From the NCBI GenBank assembly GCA_033664045.1, contig GCA_033664045.1_3674.1: a stretch of 64,000 bases of DNA; one strand, written 5' to 3'. A model generated the notes under the pieces. It did not search any database. It worked only from the letters and a program-made list of their open reading frames with translations, and was not told where the DNA came from. The stretch comes from a phage. This document shows positions 27,428 to 36,438 of the stretch, piece by piece. Each line of letters begins with the position of its first letter. Positions within the stretch are counted from its first letter, which is position 1. Both the position numbers and the translations under genes were made by a program.

Positions 27428-27444
27428 ATCTCAATAAGTATAAT
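27417..27444 (+). promoter_or_regulatory. sigma70-like promoter TTGACA-N16-TATAAT followed by leader hairpin
   Basis: gTTGACAagtaaatctcaataagTATAATtaaacacacaGGCGGGaaaacttCCCGCC. Confidence 0.55.
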
Positions 27445-27501
27445 TAAACACACAGGCGGGAAAACTTCCCGCCACTAACAAAGAAAACAGGAGAAAATAT
27501 C

Positions 27502-28125
27502 ATGACCACCGTTAACATTACCACAGGTTACAATTTATCTTTCGACGTGCTGACCGATGAACAAAAAGAAAAAGCTATTGAAATGGTCCGCGAAAGAGAA
27601 GAACACAGCGGGGATAACTTTTTTGCAGAAAGTGTAATTGAAGACTATAAAGAACATATCTTTCCAGAGTATGGCCTTGAAGATACCAAGGTACATTGGT
27701 CCGGATTTTGGTGCCAGGGCGACGGCGCATCAATCAGTGCGGAAAACGTGGATTTAGAAAAATTCTTGCGTAAAGTAAAGGCCCTTACCAAGTTCCGATC
27801 AATTCGTCACTTGTTCGGCACAATGCACGATGGCGAACTATCCGCAAGCGTTGAGCGTGATCCATATAGCCGCTATAGTCACGAAAACACTGTAAGCGGG
27901 TACATCGATACTACATGGCTAGACCTGACCGCCAAACAAGAAAATAAAGTGGAAGATCTGGAAGAGCTGATCACCGAGACGGTACGGGAGCTATCCCGCA
28001 AGGTTTACGTAGACCTGGAGCAAGCTTATCTTGAACAATTTACTACCGAAAACCTGATCGGCCTTATCGAGGCCAATGATTGGCGGTTTGATGTGGATGA
28101 ATATGGCGAGATGACTTTTTCATAA
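27502..28125 (+). CDS. hypothetical acidic protein
   Basis: RBS CAGGAGA; 207 aa. Confidence 0.55.
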   Translation: MTTVNITTGYNLSFDVLTDEQKEKAIEMVREREEHSGDNFFAESVIEDYKEHIFPEYGLEDTKVHWSGFWCQGDGASISAENVDLEKFLRKVKALTKFRSIRHLFGTMHDGELSASVERDPYSRYSHENTVSGYIDTTWLDLTAKQENKVEDLEELITETVRELSRKVYVDLEQAYLEQFTTENLIGLIEANDWRFDVDEYGEMTFS

Positions 28126-28214
28126 ATAAAGTGTTGCAATAACCTAAAAACCTGCTATATTAAAACTCAAGGGGCAAGACGTTTGCCCCCACACAAAACA
28201 AAGAGGAAAACATC

Positions 28215-28595
28215 ATGAAAAACACCACTAAAGCTATTGACACCGTTATGTTTAACCTGGTTACCTTTCGCGAGGATATGAAAGATCTTCCGCGTGAAAC
28301 AGTGTGCGACCATATCGAAAACTATCGCAAACTAATCAAAGAGTTGCCTTTAAAACGTGATCAGTATGCGGCTAACGCCATGCTTAATGCCATGATCAAA
28401 AAGATGATCCAGTGTGATTTAACTCTGGCCTATGACTATGCGGGTGGTCGTTTTGCAGTATACAATCAGCCCGTGCCTGGTATGAGCACCACCGAAGAAT
28501 TGCACGCGCTCAATCTAAAACAAGACGTGTGGGATAGTATGCCTCGCGTGGTGGTATGGGTAGAAAGCGGAAAGATTTACGGCGATAATTTTTAA
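28215..28595 (+). CDS. hypothetical protein
   Basis: promoter TTGCAA-N16-TATATT; leader hairpin ggggcaagacgtttgcccc; RBS AAAGAGGA. Confidence 0.55.
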   Translation: MKNTTKAIDTVMFNLVTFREDMKDLPRETVCDHIENYRKLIKELPLKRDQYAANAMLNAMIKKMIQCDLTLAYDYAGGRFAVYNQPVPGMSTTEELHALNLKQDVWDSMPRVVVWVESGKIYGDNF

Positions 28596-28659
28596 TCAGG
28601 TAACAGGCGGCATATTTGCCGCCTTATTGTTAATCAGAACTGTAAAAGAGGTACATAGA

Positions 28660-29031
28660 ATGGAATTTATTATTTTGGCTGTACTGGTTGCCTTGTTTAA
28701 CGCCTGGATCGCTGGCAAGATGGGAAGATCCGCCTTTTTATGGTTTATTATATCTATTTTCCTGGGGGTGGTTGCAACTATTGTATTGGTTATCCTTGCA
28801 ATTGTTGACAAGGGGAATAATAGAAAGGGTAAAGTATTTTCAGACCTGTACGACGCTCAAACGTTTGTCAACGCCTATTATAGTGATCTCCCAGTCTCCC
28901 TACGTTGCAGCCTTGCACAACAGGTTTTCGATGAAGCTAAAACCAGAGATCACGCCCATGAGATTTGTTTAACTGAGGCGGATCGCTTATTTGAGAGGAA
29001 TAGAAAATATGTGGGCCAGCCGTTTAAATAA
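28660..29031 (+). CDS. hypothetical membrane protein
   Basis: ATG at 28660 after AAAAGAGG; two hydrophobic helices. Confidence 0.5.
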   Translation: MEFIILAVLVALFNAWIAGKMGRSAFLWFIISIFLGVVATIVLVILAIVDKGNNRKGKVFSDLYDAQTFVNAYYSDLPVSLRCSLAQQVFDEAKTRDHAHEICLTEADRLFERNRKYVGQPFK

Positions 29032-29250
29032 TACCACGTTAATTAATCCGCTTAGTGAAGATTTGAGGCCAGCCGCCTGGCGGGATGGATTCAATAATGA
29101 AAGCTTTATTTTCAGGCCTGATCTTAAGGAATTTTATAACAATGGATCGGACAACGACAGAGATAATTTTTCTTGTAATGTGCGTGGTGATAATACTCCT
29201 GGGGGCCATTGCAAACCACGTAACTGCTAACAGGGGGAAGGGGGGAGACG

Positions 29251-29370
29251 ATGACAACCAAGGATAAGCCCCGCACCGATAAGGCGCGCCGTGCTATGGT
29301 ATGGCTTGAGATCATCGCCCTTGAAATATTGTTAGGTGTAGGGATGTATTTTATCGCTGTAAGTAACTGA
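29251..29370 (+). CDS. hypothetical small membrane-anchored protein (39 aa)
   Basis: not in track; G-rich RBS before ATG; basic N-terminus then hydrophobic helix; terminator follows. Confidence 0.35.
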   Translation: MTTKDKPRTDKARRAMVWLEIIALEILLGVGMYFIAVSN

Positions 29371-29374
29371 TAAC

Positions 29375-29415
29375 GGCCCCCGATCCCTGGGGGCCTAACT
29401 TTTTAAAATTTTTTT
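29375..29415 (+). terminator. rho-independent terminator
   Basis: ggcccccgatccctgggggcc followed by long T-tract. Confidence 0.55.
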
Positions 29416-29513
29416 CTCCTTGGGTGTTGCAATCCGATCCAGAATATGGATAATAACAATCAACGGGGAGACACTCCCCACCACACAGACAAAATTCCAA
29501 AAGGAGAAACAAA

Positions 29514-29714
29514 ATGAGCAACAATATCCGCGTTATTAACTTCAAAAAAGAAGAAAAAATTGCTGTGCTGGTTGATGGTCAAGAAATCTTCAAGGGCGAC
29601 TATGAAGATCATCAAACGGCGATTAGTATCACTCGCGTGATCGGTTACCATAATTTCTACCCCCAAGGCGCTGAGGCAGCAGTTAAACGAATCAAAGAGA
29701 TTGTAGGCCTGTAA
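29514..29714 (+). CDS. hypothetical protein
   Basis: promoter TTGCAA-N17-ATAATA; leader hairpin ggggagacactcccc; RBS AAAGGAGA. Confidence 0.5.
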   Translation: MSNNIRVINFKKEEKIAVLVDGQEIFKGDYEDHQTAISITRVIGYHNFYPQGAEAAVKRIKEIVGL

Positions 29715-29716
29715 AA

Positions 29717-29762
29717 TTTATTTTTAGATGGCCTTTACTTCAGGGCCATCAATAAAGTAAAT
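29717..29762 (+). repeat. 47-nt repeated hairpin element, copy 3
   Basis: tttatttttagatggcctttacttcagggccatcaataaagtaaat. Confidence 0.5.
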
Positions 29763-29805
29763 TTAAACCCTGTTAAAATAATCAGTGCAAAAAGGAGTAA
29801 TGATC

Positions 29806-30105
29806 ATGTTTATACCCGCCAATAATCTTTATTTCTTTGATGGTCAGATCGTAGACGGTGTGGAAGTGGAGATCACTGGGTGCCCTGGTGGTCAGGCTAT
29901 GACTTTTCGGAATAATGCCTTTGATGATTCTCATATCGTTATGAGAATGGAAGTTACAAAGCTGGACGACAAGAAAACGCTTATTGACTATTCCGTGAAA
30001 GATCATCCAGACTACCACATGATCTATGGTGATTTGTGTATTGTTGACCGTGACAAGGTGGGCGGCATTGTGATCGCTATTGTGAACGATGTTTTCTCTG
30101 AATAA
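29806..30105 (+). CDS. hypothetical protein
   Basis: ATG at 29806 with AAGGAG RBS (track start 29785). Confidence 0.5.
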   Translation: MFIPANNLYFFDGQIVDGVEVEITGCPGGQAMTFRNNAFDDSHIVMRMEVTKLDDKKTLIDYSVKDHPDYHMIYGDLCIVDRDKVGGIVIAIVNDVFSE

Positions 30106-30329
30106 TTCCGGCAAATGATGCAAAATAAGGCCCCTAGCAGGGCCTGCAGCGATATAATCACATAAAGGCTATGCGGTTGCATGGCCTTTATTATTTTAGC
30201 GTTACAGCGGCCCCCAAGGCGCTTAAAAAATTTTTAAAGAAGTACTTGCATCAAGCCCTACAATATGGATAATAGGACGTGTCAGGGGGGCGGCCCCAAT
30301 CATTAACCGGATAGATAGGAGTTAAAACC

Positions 30330-30614
30330 ATGGCTATTGTTACTGCTGGCGATGTAGTAGAAATGGAAGCAAAATACTTAAAAGCGGGTATGCATATCCT
30401 ACGGAATGATCAAGAGTTATTATTAACGATGGTCGACTATAATCCCGGCCAGGATTATCCAAGCATCGACTACTTTTTTGAGTATGTTGATGAAGAATTA
30501 AAAGAGGATGAGGCCTATTGCGGTGAGTTCTGCAATTTCTTTTGTCCTGATGAGGTTGTAAAGGTTATCTATCAACCTGGCGTAGCTTTCCCTCTGCACG
30601 CTATCAATAAATAA
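30330..30614 (+). CDS. hypothetical protein
   Basis: promoter TTGCAT-N17-ATAATA; RBS TAGGAG. Confidence 0.55.
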   Translation: MAIVTAGDVVEMEAKYLKAGMHILRNDQELLLTMVDYNPGQDYPSIDYFFEYVDEELKEDEAYCGEFCNFFCPDEVVKVIYQPGVAFPLHAINK

Positions 30615-30679
30615 ACCTGGCGGGGCCGAAAAGGCCCCTACAGCATAAAATCATAAAAAATAAAGAGAGGCAAATCATC

Positions 30680-30913
30680 ATGATGGAACAAATTAAACGC
30701 GCTGAGGCTATTAATGGCAATGTGATCTATTTTGTCAGCAAAAACGAAAAAGGCGTACCATATGCGGCGGTAATAGTACAGCCTGACGGAGATTATTGGT
30801 TTACTGTATACGGATCTTATTCTTTTGGGCGTCCAGTGCATGATAAAATTTTGAAAGTAGCGAACCCCACCGGGAAGAATATCACGGCAGAAAAATTTTT
30901 TGAAAAGTGTTGA
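30680..30913 (+). CDS. hypothetical protein
   Basis: RBS AAAGAGAGG. Confidence 0.5.
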   Translation: MMEQIKRAEAINGNVIYFVSKNEKGVPYAAVIVQPDGDYWFTVYGSYSFGRPVHDKILKVANPTGKNITAEKFFEKC

Positions 30914-30988
30914 CATGACCATATAAAACTGTAGTATATAAATCAAAGGGGGCAACAAGCCCCACCAACCACAAAGAGGATAAAAATC

Positions 30989-31168
30989 ATGGCTATTATT
31001 GCAAAAACTGAGATCGTAGGCTTAGATTCTATTCTCCTCGCATATGAGGAAGCTATAGAAATGTATGTGGTTTCCTATGGTGAGTATATCCGTGAATATA
31101 AATCTATTGATCTGGCTTTTGAATGTTATATTCGCCAGGTAAATAAAGCATATGATGATTATCGTTAA
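30989..31168 (+). CDS. hypothetical small protein (59 aa)
   Basis: not in track; promoter TTGACA near 30910, leader hairpin gggggcaacaagcccc, RBS AAAGAGGA. Confidence 0.45.
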   Translation: MAIIAKTEIVGLDSILLAYEEAIEMYVVSYGEYIREYKSIDLAFECYIRQVNKAYDDYR

Positions 31169-31264
31169 AATAGTTTGACAACAAACAACCATCTAACAAA
31201 GCATAATACATAAGGTGGTAGAATGATCTGATCCGCCACCTGGAACAAAGAAGAGGTAAACACC

Positions 31265-31369
31265 ATGAAACAGAAATTAATTGATGCAGTGATCTTGGTT
31301 ATTGCCCTAGGTATTGGCCTGATTGCAACCATGGCTAATGTGATCTTGTCTTCCAACGGTATCGGGTGA
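31265..31369 (+). CDS. hypothetical hydrophobic peptide (34 aa)
   Basis: not in track; RBS AAGAAGAGG; single predicted TM helix. Confidence 0.35.
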   Translation: MKQKLIDAVILVIALGIGLIATMANVILSSNGIG

Positions 31370-31378
31370 GGTTGACAA

Positions 31379-31594
31379 ATGATCACTAACAAAACAGGCA
31401 AAACGGAATTTTTACGCAACTTGCAGATCGGCAAGCCTGAGATCTGGTATTGCACTAAAACACCACGTGACGAAATGAAAGACTTCACCGCCACGCTGCA
31501 ACGGGTAAAGATATCTATCACGCAGAAAAAGGCCTTACTAGTGGTGGAAGGGGAGATCCCCCAAACCGTTGTTATAGTTGAGCGTACAGCATAG
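31379..31594 (+). CDS. hypothetical protein
   Basis: ORF close after the 34-aa peptide. Confidence 0.5.
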   Translation: MITNKTGKTEFLRNLQIGKPEIWYCTKTPRDEMKDFTATLQRVKISITQKKALLVVEGEIPQTVVIVERTA

Positions 31595-31683
31595 TTTAAT
31601 CTATACCGTACGCCCCATTAACTAACAAAGCATAAACAGGCGGCGGTAACCGCCTTAAACGCAGCAGAAAGAGGATAGACAAC

Positions 31684-31968
31684 ATGAAAAAGATGATCGC
31701 AGTGGTTGCCCTGGTTATTGGACTTAATGCGCCTGTAATGGCTAAAGAGCTGGCAAAAGAGGTAGATCTAACTGATATCCATGCCGTCAATCAAATCGGT
31801 GTTACTTATCGGTTATGCCTTGCCGCAAAAACTTTCCAGGATGGCACAACAGAGTACTACGGATTCGAAGGCATCCGGTGCGGTGAGCTTGCTCGCGACC
31901 TTAAAGAAGATCCAGACCTGGAGGATCTGCCGATAACCGTAAACGGGAAAACTTACGTGAACCGTTAA
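31684..31968 (+). CDS. hypothetical secreted protein
   Basis: signal-peptide-like MKKMIAVVALVIGLNAPVMA; RBS AAAGAGGA. Confidence 0.5.
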   Translation: MKKMIAVVALVIGLNAPVMAKELAKEVDLTDIHAVNQIGVTYRLCLAAKTFQDGTTEYYGFEGIRCGELARDLKEDPDLEDLPITVNGKTYVNR

Positions 31969-31970
31969 CC

Positions 31971-32105
31971 ATGAGAAAGATAATTATCACCATGGGGATC
32001 GTGGCGGGATCGCTGGCGCTCTTTCTCCTTATGGTTAGGTATGTGCTGATCAGTATTGTCCTGACAGTCAGTGATCTATTGGAAACGGTTGGCACCTTGT
32101 TTTAA
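31971..32105 (+). CDS. hypothetical hydrophobic peptide (44 aa)
   Basis: not in track; starts 2 nt after upstream stop; weak RBS. Confidence 0.3.
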   Translation: MRKIIITMGIVAGSLALFLLMVRYVLISIVLTVSDLLETVGTLF

Positions 32106-32118
32106 AGAGCGATAGAAA

Positions 32119-32310
32119 ATGAATATCGAACAAGTTAGAAAGGTATTAACGGTACTGCGTTATCATAATCATAGAAAGGTCATAGACGATCCTGATTATG
32201 TTGATTCAAGCCTGGAAGGGGATACACTGCAAGCCATAAGCAACATGCAAGAATTGCTCAAGCGCATGACAGAGAAAAACCGACCGGACTACATAGGCGA
32301 AAAAATATAA
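32119..32310 (+). CDS. hypothetical protein
   Basis: ORF followed by terminator-like hairpin and T-tract near 32322-32350. Confidence 0.5.
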   Translation: MNIEQVRKVLTVLRYHNHRKVIDDPDYVDSSLEGDTLQAISNMQELLKRMTEKNRPDYIGEKI

Positions 32311-32391
32311 TCCTTATAAACTACAAAACAGGGCTTGCAATGGTCCTGTTTTTTGTTATACTTGTTTCACGGGTGGCACCTGGCGACGGGG

Positions 32392-32417
32392 GGAGACAAT
32401 CACCGGGGGTGCCCGTT
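32392..32417. repeat. 26-bp repeat, right arm of perfect inverted repeat
   Basis: ggagacaatcaccgggggtgcccgtt is the exact reverse complement of 23580-23605. Confidence 0.6.
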
Positions 32418-32522
32418 ATATAAAAAACTATAAAAACCGTTGACATCTGCCGGGTGGTGGGGTAGCATTTACCTTGAAGGGGCAAAAGTGCCCACACAAC
32501 AACCAGAAGAGAGGAAAACACT

Positions 32523-32795
32523 GTGTCAAGCTGGATTAATCAAGAAGTAGAATCACGTTTTAATGCTATTTGGGATCTCATCGAAAAAGAGGACGGAACA
32601 TCAAGCCCCTACCTCAACAATTTGGAATTCCATTTTGTGGAAGCGATGAACGCAGAACATGATCACGAAGGTGGCGCGGATGATTTCGCTAAAGGTTATG
32701 GCTTTAACAATGCCAACGAAATGATCGAGTCGGTCGTACTCCAGGCTGAGGAAGATTATCAATTAAAAACGCTTGAATTCTGCCGCCATAAGTAA
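32523..32795 (+). CDS. hypothetical protein
   Basis: GTG start; promoter TTGACA-N17-TAGCAT near 32443; RBS GAGAGGA. Confidence 0.5.
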   Translation: MSSWINQEVESRFNAIWDLIEKEDGTSSPYLNNLEFHFVEAMNAEHDHEGGADDFAKGYGFNNANEMIESVVLQAEEDYQLKTLEFCRHK

Positions 32796-32856
32796 TAAGA
32801 TAATGACACGGGCCAAAAGGCCCACCAATCAGAACCGCACAAAGAGGAAAAACATC

Positions 32857-33120
32857 ATGAAACGTCTTGACCAGCTCAAATTAGTTCAATATATGGCTTA
32901 TCGTGTTCTTGAAGTCCAAAAAGGTAGCAAAAAAGAGGTTTGCGAGAAAGCATATAAGATCTTTACCCGTAAAAAAGATGATTGGATGTTACGCCAGACC
33001 AAAAAGGCTGACATCTTGGGGTACCTGGAAGAAGAGATCCGGCTTGAAGAACAAGAAGAGATCCGCCGCAGTGAGGCAGATTATCAGGCAGCTTGGGAAA
33101 ACTGGATGAGCAACAAATAA
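32857..33120 (+). CDS. hypothetical protein
   Basis: ATG at 32857 after AAAGAGGAAA; leader hairpin gggccaaaaggccc. Confidence 0.5.
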   Translation: MKRLDQLKLVQYMAYRVLEVQKGSKKEVCEKAYKIFTRKKDDWMLRQTKKADILGYLEEEIRLEEQEEIRRSEADYQAAWENWMSNK

Positions 33121-33265
33121 TACAACAAGTTACATGGTCAGGGGGCAATAAAGCCCCTTTATCGCATAAAAATTATGCTATCCTTGGTTGACAGGGATCG
33201 GCAGTTTTGCTATATTCTTTTTTGAAGGGAAGTTGTAAGAAAATTAACTAAGAGGTAAAAACACC

Positions 33266-33685
33266 ATGAACATTAAATCTAATAATCCGGCATATAGCTT
33301 TGATAACGCTTTTTGTCACGGTCCGGCGGCGAAAGGATTCGAAATCGATGGTAAACTAATTATTGTCAATGTTGACGGGGAAGAGGTTGCAGTATATCCG
33401 GTGGCAGACGTTAAAAGCCGTTTGCAATGCCGCATGGATGTTACCGCCTATCAGCTTGATCCGGTCCGCATAGTTGCCCTGGTCCTGGAAGAAGAAATTA
33501 AAGCCATGCACCATAGCAACAGGTTTATTGGTGACGCACAGGATAATATGAAGGTATGCCGCCATAAAGTTAATGAAGTGCTTAAAGAATATGGCTTTAA
33601 AGATCTGATGATCAAACGTGAGGAAAAATTCCGTTATCGTAACGACCTGGCAAATCGGATTTTTGAAATATACGAATCATTATAA
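33266..33685 (+). CDS. hypothetical protein
   Basis: promoter TTGACA-N17-TATATT near 33186; RBS TAAGAGG; last gene of plus-strand block. Confidence 0.55.
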   Translation: MNIKSNNPAYSFDNAFCHGPAAKGFEIDGKLIIVNVDGEEVAVYPVADVKSRLQCRMDVTAYQLDPVRIVALVLEEEIKAMHHSNRFIGDAQDNMKVCRHKVNEVLKEYGFKDLMIKREEKFRYRNDLANRIFEIYESL

Positions 33686-33703
33686 TTTATTAACTGAATT
33701 ATC

Positions 33704-33730
33704 AAGGGGCTTAAGGCCCCTTTCTTTTTG
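33704..33730 (+). terminator. rho-independent terminator closing the plus-strand block
   Basis: aaggggcttaaggcccc + TTTCTTTTTG. Confidence 0.6.
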
Positions 33731-34179
33731 TTTGCTCTTTTCCTACCACAAACGGCCCAGCCTGGCAAGTGGAATAATTGACTAGCCATCAATCCCGCAC
33801 ACTGTACAAATATACATATAAAATAGATATTGCATAACCTTTCATTGTGTGGTAGCAGGGCCATTTTTACACGTTTTTCCTTCCAAAATTGCACGTAATG
33901 CAGCTATTGCACAAAATTTAACCTGATGCACATCTTCAGTATACTGTCAACAATTAAAAACCCTTATAAGTCATACACTTACACAAACCAAAAAGCGTGT
34001 CCTACGTGAAAAATCGGGTGTAACTATAGCCGACAGATCTCAGAATCCACGTACGATCACCATTCTATAGCCTGCAAAGTATTTATTCCAACCACAGAAT
34101 AACGGAATAGTCAATACCTGTATAAAATAATTATTCGTATAAACTGCATAACATAAACCCGCCCAGGTGTCAACATTTT

Positions 34180-35040
34180 TCGTAAACAGTCCGAAATTGT
34201 CACGGTGAGTTATCATAAATAGAGAAATATTTAGTCGTCTAATGTTTACTGTACATTACTATACTGACTGGAATCATTAGATGACTAAGAGAAAGATAAG
34301 AAATAATTAACAATGTAAGTATTTTACCTGCAACAATAAGGCAACTATGCAAACGAATGTCATGGCGCGACGGAGTCGCGACATAATATAAAAGCAGTAA
34401 CCATCACCCCCGTGATAGTTTGTCTGCAAACTATTAATCAGATCATAGTTGCCTTGTATTTAGTTAATCATGACATAACAAGCAAGGCAACTATAGATCT
34501 TCTAATAGTTGCCCTGCTTTTATATTATGTCATCTATTGTAAATCAGTTAATTGTTTTCATGCAAACGAATGTCATGGCTTATCATTTTTGAGTAAATAG
34601 TTTGTTTGTAAACAATCTATACGTAAACAGTTAACTATGTAAACTATTAGATATGTAAACTATTGGTTATGTAGACTATCAGGAATGTAAACAGTAAAGC
34701 GAGTGAATAGTGAGAGCGTAAACAGTCAGGCATGTCAATTATGTTTAATGTGCCCAGTATGTCACTATTGTGTCTAAAGTGTCATAGTATGTCACAGTAT
34801 GTCAGACAAGTTTTTCTCCTCTTTGTCAAGTGCTGCATGAAAAATTTACAAACTGGTATGGTAGCATTTTTGCGGCCCTGTTTACATTCAGTAATGTATG
34901 TATAATCCTTGTTGTGTGGGCGTTTGGACGTCTAGACGGTTGGAAGTCTGCAGGTCAATATCTAATCTATTGGCTGCTAACTATATCCCACACAAATAGT
35001 AAGAAATATGATTGTTATATGCGTAAACAGTAACTCATGT
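34180..35040. repeat. iteron-rich non-coding region
   Basis: at least 8 copies of GTAAAC(A/T)(G/A)T; 5 copies of (A)GTATGTCA at about 10-11 bp spacing (34757-34805); inverted ATAGTTGCC/GGCAACTAT pairs; palindrome cgcgacggagtcgcg. Confidence 0.55.
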
Positions 35041-36222
35041 TATCAATCCCTGTATGTATCGCCAGTGGTGCGCATAATGGGTATTATGTTAAATTGCCCG
35101 TAATGATAACTATTCTCACAATGATAGGTATTCTCATTCACCCCCACAAGATAGGTTGCAAATGTTGTGCCACTGTGTGAACGGCCTCACCTATTAATTT
35201 GCCTCACTGCCTCGATATTTGAGAATTGTTATAAGAATGAGAAGTATTCCCATTCCGTCCGCCTGGCAGCACTCCAGTCGCTACGGCTCATAACAGGGCA
35301 GAACTGGGTCCATTCAGATATTTCTGGCTGGCTCTTCAGGTCTGTGTGGGAAAAGCCAACCTCTCCTGCGGCGGGGAGGGGGTCAATTAAAAAATTTACG
35401 TGGTATATGTAGCGCTGTTCAGGTAAGGCATGTATTATGGGATGAAATCCTCTTCAGGCAATGATATTTGTGGGTGTGATATTTGCTGGAAAGCCAGATA
35501 TGACGGGACTCCCGGCGGGGCAGGGGTGGTACAGACAGGGAAAATATGGAGGATGTGGTTGGGTGAATTGATCAGACAGGTAGAGTATGGAATATGTTAC
35601 AAGTATGTTAAATATGAAGGGTGAATATCTGTAGGATTTGTGTGTAAAATCAAAGACTTAAGTAGTGTTGTGGTATTTTCTATAAATAATTCAAGTTTAA
35701 TAGGTAATATTTGTCTCTATCCACTTTGTGTGGTAAACAAATTCAGATGAGATTGGTTTACAAGTGTATACATAATATACAAATTAAAGATACAAGAAAC
35801 CCCCCTCCCCCTTCGGCTACCATTCACCTTTTCCTCTGACTGGTACTTAAACACTTATTCAGACTCTTCAGGTTATCACCCATATATCATATGGCAGTGA
35901 CTGGTGTCCTCCGGCCCCTCTTTCGTCACCCGTCCGCTTCGCCATGCTAATGCCATAGCCAAATGTTCGGTTGTTCACCCTGTTCACTCAGGTGTATCTC
36001 CATACCCCTTCAAACCGAAGAGAACAGAAAACCCGAATTACTCGGTAAAAGAAAAGAGAAGAACTTAATTTTATCAAGATAGGCAAGAATGTCAAGGCAT
36101 GACTGCTCACTAAACAAGCAAACAGTCATGTGCGGTAGGTAAGTGATTGTGGTTGTAGGAAATTTAATTGAAAGATGTGTTATAGGTGCTTCCAGCACTT
36201 TAGCCTGGCAGCTAATTGTGTG

Positions 36223-36438
36223 TCAGTCCAGCGGTTCATCCTCTACTTCACTGAAATCAATGTTCATGGTCTCTTCCCAACCATCGATCTCAGCACAAGA
36301 GTGGAGTTCTTTAGGGTTTACTCCCAAAGCCTCAGCAACAGAGTCTATATTTAACACCTCTGGCAGGTATGATTCATCGAATTCAAGGTAAATCAGGCCA
36401 CGAGTGTTGTCAGCTCCACCAAATATTTCTATCTTCAT
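36223..36438 (-). CDS. hypothetical small acidic protein
   Basis: last ORF of minus-strand block; MKIEIF N-terminus shared with family. Confidence 0.5.
   Translation of the reverse strand: MKIEIFGGADNTRGLIYLEFDESYLPEVLNIDSVAEALGVNPKELHSCAEIDGWEETMNIDFSEVEDEPLD

Noticed and set aside
28991-29267. Track ORFs 28991-29230 and 29085-29267 between two better-supported genes
   Set aside because: They overlap the upstream gene or each other without RBSs; the short RBS-preceded ORF 29251-29370 with a terminator is a better candidate for this gap.
34600-34810. Possible CRISPR array suggested by short repeated words
   Set aside because: Repeats are 8-10 nt, irregularly spaced and lack uniform repeat-spacer architecture; they fit iterons or binding sites, not CRISPR.
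34412-35624. Plus-strand track ORFs 34412-34600, 34830-35033, 35167-35412, 35430-35624
   Set aside because: No RBS, located in a repeat-dense AT-rich zone, unlike neighbouring genes in composition; likely non-coding.
33731-36222. tRNA genes in the large non-coding zone
   Set aside because: No cloverleaf signatures (GTTCGAATC-type T-loop with matching acceptor stem) recognised by eye here or in 22950-23960; a tRNA scan would still be worthwhile.
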